Below are positions 53,001 to 64,000 of a DNA stretch of 64,000 bases, in pieces. A model generated the notes under the pieces. The model saw only the letters and a program-made list of their open reading frames with translations, was not told where the DNA came from and searched no databases. Position numbers and translations under genes: made by a program. The stretch's first letter is position 1. Every line of letters begins with the position of its first letter. The stretch lies in contig JBITNC010000002.1 of assembly GCA_050084985.1 (NCBI GenBank), positions 23,436,001-23,500,000 of the forward strand. The letters are read 5' to 3'. The DNA is from Nageia nagi (taxonomy: Eukaryota > Plantae > Pinophyta).

Positions 53001-55489
53001 CTCAAACAAGTAATTATATATATAATATTCATTATTCATATTCAAGATTTTAAACTAAGATTTGAATATTTACAACTTAGCTTCTTTTATTTTATCATCT
53101 CCTCCATAAACACTTTTCAATTTATTCCATATTTCTTTAGTTGATTTATAACTTTTGATCTTTACTAGTTCACTATCAACCAAATCACATATCAAAGCAT
53201 TTCTAACCTTTGATTCATTCTCACAAAATTTCTTTCCATCCACATCAGTTTGAGGAGTAGAAGGAACTGTATAACTAAATGAAAATGATTCCAAAATGTC
53301 AAATCCAAAAGCATAGAGGTAAGCTTGCATACTTATCTTCCAGAATGTATAATTTATTCCATAAAAGAGAGGGAATTTGTTTGATGAGAAACCTTCACCT
53401 CTTTCCATACTATCTATGCTAGGATCACCCTTAGTTGATTAGACTTGAAATAAGGACCTTTATTTGACACCAATTGTTAAAATCCAAGTGACACTAAGAG
53501 GGGGGATGAATCAATGTGATAAAATTAAACCTATTATTTTAAATTTACCATTAAAATAAAATAGTATGAAAATAAAATCAAGTAAACCAAGCACCATAAG
53601 ATAACATCACATAAAACAATATGTAACGAGGTTAACTAATGTGGCTACATCCCTAGATAAAATTGCTTAGATCATGGTCTAAATATAACCATTGTAAATA
53701 ATCAACTTTATATAGTTTACCAACACCAAATAGAAGGAGCACTAACCCCAAATTTATTAGTTACAACTAAAAGGAGTACCAACCCTTAACTTCTATACCA
53801 CCCATTACAAGAAGCACTAACCCCTCTTGCCAAGCACAAACTTGACAAAGAAACATAATAGCAATTTTTACAAAAGTTGTAAAACCTATCTCAAAGACCC
53901 TTAATGTCCTAGCTCATCAAATTTCACTCTTGGCTATCTGTTCCTGATTCTTTCAATTACCTCTCATAGCCAAACTACTACTTTCATTACCATTTAAAAC
54001 TATTTAGCAATTGTAGTCACCTTTTTATCTCAACATAAAGTTATATATCATATTACTACCAATCCTATATATTTTCTTATCTCTACAATATCACCTCATT
54101 ATGTGTTTAGAAAAAATATTTCATACAATCTCCCCTTAGCAACAACACATTATGTCTCTCAATAATATACTTTTACTTGGTTATACTCAAAAATATTTTA
54201 TTCGGTTTTTCTCTATTATAACTATCCATACCCATCTTTTTTAGTTACAATCACTAAATAATTATCTTTTTCTTATTCCTTTTATTATTTTACAATTCAT
54301 TCTATTTTTTTATTTCATCCACAAATTAGTCTTGAACAATAAAACCACTCTTGATGGTCATTCAGTTATGAATACTTCATTTTTGAGGTATAAAAATAAT
54401 GAATGCAATAAAGTTCCACATATTGCATATGCTATAACATTTAACATAGGTGTCAAAATGTAATAAAACTCTATTATTAGATAGATTATTTTATTTTTAT
54501 GAGAATCATGTGGTCATATGATCCCTTTTTCTTCAAAGATATGCATTTGGTAGCTATTTTTATGATTGTTGTAGAAAATTATAGTTAGAAATGCCTAAAA
54601 TAAATAGAGGGATAATCACATTTCATTTATCCTATCATAAATACCCAAAATAAATGGTGGGATAATCTCATTCCATTTATCCTATCATAAATGTCCATAA
54701 TTTACCATGCATGTTTTTACCCCCAACAAACTTCATTGATGGTCAACAAACTTCCTTAATGCTTGACAAAGTGTGGGATAATCGAACTTTGTATGTCCTT
54801 CACATTGTTTACCATATATTTATTTTATTTTTAACCTAAATAAATGTTTATGATTCTTGACTAACCTTTTTTTATTCTTGAGTAATATTTTTTTATGCCC
54901 AACATGCATTTTTAACCTATTTTAGTAAATTGCTTCGTTTAATGGGAAATTTTTTAACAAAGGTAGGCATGCATATACTCACTAGAAGGCTTATTTTGAG
55001 CACTATTCAATAACTAAGAAATCAAATAAATTTGAATCCTTTAAGAAGAGGTATACCTCTTCAAATATAATTGATCCATTTTTATGAAAAATTCCTATCG
55101 ACACAATTTCATTTTGCATTGTCGGACATCATCTTTCATTATCTACCTTCATCCTACATTGTCATACATCATCAAACTATTCTCATACTTCATAAGTTTT
55201 TTTCCATTTTAATTCTTTTCTATGGTGTGTTTTCAATAATGATATCTTCTTTGTTCTGGTATGTTGACAATAATGATAAGCTCTACTCTTGTTCAACACT
55301 TATATATAGTTTAGACATTATTTATAGCTACACAATGGAATCATGAGGTTCATAATTGAATTATTTTGAATCAATAGTAGATAGAATAAGATATAGTTAA
55401 GTAATCATCCAAACTTATATATTTATTAAGCATCCTTGACGATTAACTTGAATATTTGTAATATATTCATTCTTGTATTGGAGAACCAC

Positions 55490-57295
55490 AATTGCTCAAG
55501 AAAAAGGTACAGAGAAAAATAAGCATTAGGATCCAAAAGCCCAAGTTTACTTTTCATAAAGTAATAGACATGTCACTCTCTAGAGGCCCACCTATTAGGA
55601 GATAGAATCATCTTGTTAGATACTTTTTCAACCTTGTTAAAATCCCTACACATAATCCAAACCATTGGGGGTAAGGATAATGGACAACATTTCTAAAGTT
55701 TACATCAACCAATAATCTCAGTTGGAGAATAAACATTGATAATTCCAAAAGCAAAATTGCATATTTCAAGAAAAATGCAAAAAAATATGTTTAGATGGGT
55801 CTATTCCCCAAGTAATTAGACTATCATTCCATCTTTTTTTGAGGAGAATGATATCTCCCCCTCTTCCATGAGGGTGATTAGTGGCATACATTTGGCAACC
55901 TAGAAAAACTATAGAGCATGGAGATTGTAAAATGAAATATGTAACTTTAACCTCTTGTAAACAAACAAGATTAGGATAAACATAAAGGTTAGAACATGTT
56001 TGAAATTATTTCCAAGAAAAATACCTCTTAATTGGGTCTGTCAGTCGTTTAATATTTTAGGAGAAAAAAATCTTTCTAGTGGGTTGAGGTTCATATCACT
56101 ACTAAACCCACCACATTCTTCCATAAGTAAGAGGAATGACTTGCTCAAAGGAAATTTCTATTGATTGGTCATTTGCAATTTCTTATCAAAGTTTGCATGG
56201 TTATTTTTAGATGGAGGGTCTAATAGACTGTCAACTTGACTCTCAGGAGTACTCCTTATCAATTGCCTTAAGTTGTTGTATAATAAAAGAGACTAGTGGG
56301 CATCTTACATAACCTTAGAACTCCTTATCATTATCTCTCAAAGAGGGTTTGATAAGAATTGAGGACACAACATGCATTTGCAAGGTAGGTTTACCGAAAG
56401 TTGCTAGTGCAAAAGTCTTTGAGGATTGGCTTGAACTTGGGGCAATAGGCTGAGACTTATTACCCTTCCCATTTTTGGAGGGAACATCTATCCATTCTCT
56501 ATGAGACTCCTTGGGAGGTGTTGCATGTGTGTTAGGTGCAAAAGCCTTGGAAGGTACCTCAACCTTAAATTTATTTGCCATTGAAGGAAAATCATGAATT
56601 CTATGATATGGAGACTAAAACCTAAAATAGGTGTTGGGCAGATTGACATTCGTCATCCTTTAGTGAAAATAGGTAGCACAATATTGAATTTAAATATACT
56701 CTTTAAGGATTTTAGCCATATCTACTCGAATATGCATACATTGAGATGGACAAGATGAGTAGAATTGAGCAGGTTCATCATAGCCAAATGTACCGAGAAG
56801 GTTAACAAAATTTCGTATATAGGGCCAAAGAGATATTAGGAGATCAAGGAATTTCACCCATACAAGGACCTCCAAAGATAACATTATTAATTGAAAAATC
56901 CCTATTCTAGGGTTGGAAAAGGAGCATAGTTTGGTAAACATAACTAGGCCCTTTACTCAATACCTTTTGCATATGCTCACGGGCACACAAAATAAAATGA
57001 TAAAAACCTTTGAAAAGCTTTTGGACATGCTTGACCTGAATACGATATGGACATCAATATTAGTCTATCCATGTCCTAAGGATTGAATCAGGTGGAATAT
57101 GACCAAAGAAATACCAAATAAGGGTATTATTCTCTAGCCAATAATAAGCCTAATTAAATTCAATTAGAGGAATGACAAAGTCAAGTTTAAACTCACCTAT
57201 GTGAACACCTTGAGGATGAATTTCCTTGACTTCTTGCTCAGGGGGGGAGCCATTTCTCTCATCCCTAACTTTAGATAAAACTGAAGAAGAAGAGA
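55490..57295 (-). mobile_element. L1-clade LINE fragment: ORF1 plus the ORF2 AP endonuclease; RT missing
   Basis: ORF1 TLIWYFFGHIPP..LRTWID..KLFKGFYHF, VWVKFLDL..LW; endonuclease FGIINVYSP..WIMCRDFNKVE (~55630-55750). Confidence 0.85.
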
Positions 57296-59479
57296 CAAAT
57301 ATTAGAAAAAACTTAAGAGATTACAAGAAATTATATAAAAAAGGTTTTTATAATTTTTGATTATACTTAAAAAATATTTAATTATACTCCATATATTAAT
57401 ATATTTTTAATAATATTGTAATTTTATATTAAATATAACATTGATAACTCTTGAAATTTAATCTTTGAGATATATATCTTTAAAAATCTAATCTTTTAGA
57501 TAATTAACTTTAAAATAAATAATTATAAAATTTCTAACTATAACTATTGTCATAGAAGATAAAAATAAAACCTTTGAAAAGTCTTTAAATTGAACTACAG
57601 TAAACCATATATATGAAAAAGACTATCTTTAAATAGAATACAAAACCAGAGTCATCTTGGCAGTTGAAGATACTTAGGTAGGGTTTTAAATATCCATAAG
57701 GACTTGAGTCTCTGAAACAAATGAGAAGAAAGGAATCTAAAATTTAGATTAAGATGACTCCACTCAACTTGGAATAAAGAATTGTTTATTGATATAAATG
57801 ACTCAGTGGTAAATGGGGCTAAAGCTACAATTCAGATTTTGCACTATTCCTTCAGGGAGGCGTTGAATAGTCAGTTTTGCATTAACTTTCTTGTTTCTTG
57901 TATATAGAAAGTCAGTGTGAGGGTTTAAATCAGAAAAATGTTTTAGCAGGTAATTCTCAAAATTCGAATAACATCTATTTATTCAACTGTATGACAATAC
58001 AACATTAATGTATTGTTCTTCCTACACAAAAATGACTGCTTGGTAAAATTACAGTGTTCTCCTATATTTTTTAAACACGGTTGATTATTTCCTATGTAGT
58101 TTTAGTCAAAGGTCTAAAATAGGAATTCGTCAAATAATCATTTGAGCCAGTTCGATGATTGGTGAATCCACCATTAATCAGATTAAAATTAAGTACCAAA
58201 AATTTAAAAAATGTTAATATACATATTTTTATAACAATTAAAAGTATTTGTAATTTTTAGCAATAGTTTTTAGAAAAAATATTGAAAGCTAGTATATTAC
58301 TGTTACATGTCATTCTAACAGCATGTTTTAAGGTATGATTATGGTAATAATAGTTGACATATTTCTTATAGATGCAAGTTAACTGCATTTCTAAAAGAAT
58401 AATCAAAATCAATGAAACTTTTAGTAATCATCGATTTTAATCTATGATTTTAGTTATATAGTAGTCATGGCACCACTCTAACTAAATGTATTAATTTGAT
58501 ATCTGAATAATAGATTGATGATGTTATGTGGGAATATTTCAAATTAAAAGTTAGTTATTGGCTTTAATAAACTATCAACTAGTTACATAATAAATTTTGA
58601 ATGGATATTCTTCAAAAATAAAAAATCTAGGGAAGCCTACACTCATTATACATAAAGGTCTTAATAAGAGGAAAAAATAATTTTTGAATGAGTAATTTTT
58701 TAAAGAAATAAATATCGAGGAAGTTTCTAGAAAGTGTACACTAATTAGTTATGCAGGTAAGAAGGTAAAGGTAAAGTATATTAACATCATTGTGAGACCA
58801 ATTGGTCCATAGGATTGTAGTAGGTCATTACATAGCATCTATGTCTCATAGTAGGAATGGAACATAGGACACATATACCAACCGATCTATGAAACGGACT
58901 GTAGTTCACCATTATATAACATGTATGTCTCATATTGAAAATCTAACATGAAACACAAGATACAACAAAGTCAACACATGACCAACTCAACCAACAACTG
59001 AAACCTATTGAAAGAGTAGATAAACCTTTAGAAAATGATGTACCGTAACAACATTATATTTAAAACCACACATAAAGAGACAAAATAATTAGAGCCCAAG
59101 GTAGATATTTGATTCTCTTCACTTTAAATAAAACAAATGCAACTTAAAAATTAAATCAAATATTTATAGTTCGATGCAAAACTAGATCCCGAGGAACTAT
59201 AAAATAAAGCCATGCATAATAGGAGAAGCTTCTAGAAGAGATCAAAGAAAGTTACGGGAGAAAACAAATCTGCAATCGAAAAAGAGCACAAGTATTAGAA
59301 AAGTAGATACCGAGCGGAGCTAATAGATCTTGAAAAATATAGACAAACCCTTGTAAAGAGCTAGAAGTGAGACCAGTAAATCCAGTTGGAGCATATATTC
59401 ACCAGTGAGTCCTTTTCATATGGTGCTATAATACTCCGTTTAGTGTATGCTTTTACGTTGTTGGGATCTAAAGATTTAA

Positions 59480-62400
59480 TGTTGGAAAATAATCCCAGCC
59501 TCCTCTATTAATGCGGATGTATACCTGTAGTAGATGGGCATTTTATGTATTTTCTGGAAGTCTCAATCTCACCAAAATATTGAACTTCTTATCTATGTTA
59601 TCTTGAATCTTCTTCTTGAATAGAAAGTATGAGGATGACATATGGAATGTAAGAGATAAGTTTCTGATACAATACAAGTGTTCTTTTTGTCAGCAACAGC
59701 TAATTTGGAAACCTCTTCTTTTATCCAACTATTTTACAAGTTTTATTGCGATATGCAATTGCATTGAGTGTAACAGTAGCTAGTTTTTGAATCCTTTGCA
59801 CTTGCCCTATTTTTGTATATTTCGTGCTTGCTTGTTTGGTCTGTTTTTTGAAACTTGGAGGGTTCATTGGAAGCAGCAGTAGTATAGTGATAGACTCTAC
59901 CTCTGCATAACAAATTGGTATCAGAGCAGGCTTATATGCAGAGATATTGGGATATGTTTGATACGCCCTCTAGAGGAGTTTAGGTGAGTTGTGCGTGTGA
60001 ATAATTCCATGCGGGCAATAGAGAATGTAGAGGGATCCATCTGTGAGATGTGCTGAGAGCCAGGTTGAAGTATGATCTTTCAACCACGTTCAAGTATATA
60101 GTAGATATGTTAAGACCGAAACTACCCTATTAACACGAAGCTGCAGTTAGTTCTTGGCCCTCCTTGTATTTGCATTTCGTGAATAGATCTGGGCGTCACC
60201 TCCAACTATGCATGCATATTTTGGCTAGGGTTTCGATATTCATTTTTAATTTGTGGAGTCTTTTGCTGAAGGAAGAGAATGATTTTCAGAGTGAAAAGGG
60301 TTTCAAGCAGAAGGATTTCAGAGAAATGATTTCAAACGAGTCAAGGTATCTGCAAGTTCATAACACTCAATAATGGCAGCCACAAGCATAAGCTTGACAA
60401 ATGCCCAAATTCCTCAATTCAATGGTAAAAATTATGAGTATTGGCCAATTACAATGAAGGAATTATTTTTTTCTCAAGATATATGAGATCTTGTGGAGAA
60501 TGGATTTCCTGAATCTGCAGATGTTGCAGTATACAATGCATTAACACAACCAAAGAAAGATACGTTGAAGGATAATAGAAAGAAGAACTCCAAAGCCCTC
60601 TTCTACATATTTGAAGGAGAGGATCAAAGACTTTTTCGAAGGATTTAATCAACAACAAAATCCAAACAAGATTGGGATATTTTACAGATTGCATATCAAG
60701 CTATGTGGAAGGTAAAGACATTTAAATTGCAGATGCTAAAAAGGGCTTTTGAAATAATATACACCAAGGAGTCTGAATCGGTAGAGTCATTTTTAACTCT
60801 TTGAGTCATAGGGATGGTAAATGAAATAAGATTTCATGGGGAGAATCTTGAAGATAGGAGAGTGGTTGAAAAGATTTTGAGAAGTATGCCTACAAATTTT
60901 GATTCTTTAGTCATAGCCATAGAGGAAACAAAGAATTTGGTATAGTATTCTATTGATGAGCTTCATATATCTTTAATTTCTCATGAACATCAGTTAAACA
61001 ATTTTGCAAATTCTTCATTAGAACATAATTTCAAAATTTAAGCTACAATTGATCATAGTAGAGGAAGAGGAAGATCGAATTCTATAGGTGGAGGAAGGAA
61101 TTCATTTAAAGAAGGAAGAGGTAGTAGCTAAAACCCAAGTTAAAATTTAAGCCATAATCAAGCAGAAGGGAAAAGGTATGATAAAACTTAAGTTCAATTC
61201 CATTATTGTAAAAAGAATGGGTATTATGCAAATGAATGTAGAAAAAAACAATATGATCTTAGCAAATAAAATGTAAATTTCACAATGAAAAACCAAAACC
61301 ATGATAGCCTGCTATTAGCATGTAATGTAGTGCAAGAGAATAAAAAAGATGTATGGTTTTTAGACATAGGTTGCAGCAATCATAAGTGAAGAAATAAAGA
61401 ATTATTTTCAAACCTAGATGATAATGTAAAATCAAATGTTACATGAGGAAATGATAACAAAGTTTTAGTCATGGGAAAGGAAACATCAATATTTTAACCA
61501 AGAAGGGGGAGAAGAAATATATATTGGATGTATATTTTTCTCCAAGCTGAAAATACAATCTAATGAGTATTGATTAGCTTCTTGAAAAGGGATATAGAGT
61601 GTCTTTCTAAAATAAGGAATGCATCATTTTTGATAAATACCTAAGCAATCGACTTATTCTAATAGTACAAATGATAAGTAATATAATGTTTCCCACTAGA
61701 AACATAACATTTGATTTGATGAACCCATAAGGGGAAGAAAAAATTGCAACAGTCGCTCAAAAAATTCTTCAAGATGAAACATGGTTATGGCATTTAAGAT
61801 TTGTGTATCTCAACTTTAGAGGTTTAAACCTATTGCATAAGAAATTAATAGTAAAAGGTTTTCCATTGAAAGAAAAATCAAGAAGAGTGTGTGAAGGATA
61901 TATCTTGCATAAGAAACATAAGGAATCATTTTTAGCATGAAATTTAATTAGAGAAAAAGCACCTTTGGAGATCATTCATTCAAATTTGTGGGGGAAAATG
62001 CAAAAGCCCTCATTTAGTGGAATAAGTTACTTCTTGATATTAATAGATGATTACACAAGAAAAATATGGGTTTAATTTTTAATATAAAAGGATGAAGTAC
62101 TTGAGTATTTCCATCAATTCAAGGTTGTTGTTGAGAAGTAAAGTGGATGCTATAACATAATATTGAGAAAAAATAGAGGTGGTGAATATATTTCAAAACA
62201 ATTCCTAATTTTTTGCAAGCAACATGAAATTCACAAACAATTTACAACTAAGTGCACCCTCAACAAAAAGGTATAGCAGAAAGAAAAAATAGAACAATCA
62301 TAGAAATGGCTAGGAGTGTGTTGAAAGAAAAGTATTTACGAAATGAATATTGGGCAATAATAATATAATATATAGTTTATATTATAAATAGATATTCAAA

Positions 62401-64000
62401 GAAAAAGTGTAAGAAATATTTTTTCAAATGAAGCATGGAGTCGAAGAAAGCATAGTATTTCTCACATGAGAGTATTTAGATGTTGTGGCCTATGCACTTG
62501 TCCCTAATAAGTTGAAAAACAAATTGGAAAACAAATAAGAAATATACATATTTGTGGGATATAGTGAATAATCCAAGATATATAAATTATTCAATCTAAT
62601 AACCAAGAAAATTATAATTAACAAGGATGTGTAGTTTATAGAAAAGGAAGCATGGGATGGAAGTTTGAAAAAAATAGTGAATGTTATTGCCAGATCACCA
62701 CAAGTGGATGAAGAAGAACTAGTAAAAATAAATGATCCTTCAAATGTTACTCCTCCCACATCCATTCAAGCTTAACAAGGTTTTTCTTAAGTGACACATT
62801 CAACAAGCACAAGGAAATCTTTATGAGTTCAAGTAAGAACTCCTCCAAATGCACATCAAACACCAACAATAGGAACATCTACGAGTCCAATGTCAAGTGA
62901 CACATCAAATCAAACTTTGGCAAGTTAAGGAGACAAAAATTTAGAATTTTAAATGATATTTATTAGCAAGAAGAAGATGAAAATAATACAAATTAGATTT
63001 AATTATTTACTTTATATGTACCATTAGATGATCAAATTCATTTTGAACATGCAATTAAGAAAGAAAATGGATAACAACCATGGAGTAAGAAAAAGAATCC
63101 ATATAAAATATTGATACATGGGAATTAGTGAGTATTCCATAAGGAAAAAATGTCATAAGTGTAAAGTGGATCTATAAGGCCAAATATAAGGGTGAAGGAA
63201 TATAGCTTTAACAATAGCAACATAATTTAAATGATAAGTATAGCAAATGGATATAAAGTTAGAATTATTAAATGGATTGTTGGAAGAGGAAGTGTATCTC
63301 GAGCATCCACTTGGTTATGAAGTTCTTGGAAAAGTATATAGACTAAAAAAGACACTCAATGGACTCAAGAAAGCCCCAAGAGCTTTGTATAATAGAATAA
63401 ATTCTTATCTTATGAGCAATGGATTTTGTGAAAGTGATGGTGAATCTACTCTTTACATTAAAGAAATTGATGCTAAATTTTTATTATTATTTTGTATTAG
63501 ATGATATAAGTTTATTAGAAATGATGAAGCTCTCAAAGTTGAGTTTAAAGAAGCTATGAAAAATGAATTTGAGATGACAAACTTAGGGTTGTTAAGATAT
63601 TTTCTTCACATAAAAGATAAATAATTAGATAATAACATATTTATTTCTCAATCAAATTATGCAACATATATATTAAAGAGATTCAAAATAAAAAATTTCA
63701 AGACTAATCCAACTATAATAGCCATGGGATTAAAAATTAAAAAGTAAGATTGGAGAAAGAATGTAAACTCACCTTTATACAAGAGCATGGTAGGAAGTTT
63801 GATGTACTTAATAGCCACAAGGTATAATATAATGTATGTTGTAGGTCTAATTTGAAGAAGTGACTAAAAGGATTTTAAGATATATTAATGGAATAAAATA
63901 ATATCATATTTTGTAAAGAAAGTCAAATGAAATCAAGCTAATCAAACACATAGATAGTGACTATGTAGGAAGTGTAGATGATATAAAGAGTACCCCAAGT
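59480..64000 (+). mobile_element. Ty1/Copia element E, truncated by the window end
   Basis: LTR ends ..ATAACA at 59912 (start ~59480, uncertain); perfect PBS TGGTATCAGAGC 59916-59927; gag from ATG 60373 MAATSISLTNAQIPQFNGKNYEYW; zinc knuckle ~61200; protease WFLDIGCSNH; integrase ~61950-62640; RT MDIKLELLNGLLEEEVYLEHP..GLKKAPRA; RNase H starts ~63950. Confidence 0.93.

Larger units (their letters stand above)
43056..53408 (-). pseudogene. gag-pol of Copia A, interrupted at 45629-50901
   Basis: gag MERGEGFSSNKFPLFYGINYTFWK; protease ~51060-51410; integrase PQQNGV ~45300; RT ~43800-44560; RNase H DDRKSTS, CDNTSVINISKNPIMHSKTKHI. Confidence 0.92.
30189..55298 (-). mobile_element. Ty1/Copia element A, SIRE/Maximus-like, decayed, host of nested insertions
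   Basis: 5' LTR 53475-55298 (on the minus strand ends TGATTCATCCCCCCTCTTAGT..AACA); degenerate PBS ~53461-53473; 3' LTR split into ~30189(30367)-31788 and 42317-42638; PPT GGGGAGAT at 42639-42646; left boundary and TSD uncertain. Confidence 0.85.

Overview
Eukaryotic (plant) genomic DNA, very AT-rich and CpG-depleted. The old, heavily C>T-deaminated LTR elements and the transposon families suggest a gymnosperm/conifer (inference). There is one recognisable host gene: a 5-exon CCoAOMT-like O-methyltransferase (1659-2774, +) with intact splice sites but three frameshifts, so either a pseudogene or consensus errors. Most of the rest is decayed transposons whose history can be read from target-site duplications (TSDs). 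(i) A ~4 kb tandem duplication (4596-8594 / 8595-15788); each copy carries an ORF1-only L1-like insertion with an 18-bp TSD, and copy 2 later gained a Gypsy solo-LTR and a 1.4-kb non-coding short-LTR element. (ii) A ZNF862-type hAT transposase relic. (iii) MITEs and a CpG-retaining non-TE island (~23.5-27.9 kb). (iv) A 25-kb nest: a SIRE-like Copia hosts a second Copia, which hosts a chromoviral Gypsy lacking gag core/protease; the SIRE-like element also hosts a related Gypsy with only gag-protease. (v) An L1 LINE fragment. (vi) A Copia running off the right end whose LTR/leader kept its CpGs. No intact autonomous element, RNA gene or CRISPR array was seen. All calls are from reading by eye; no searches were run.
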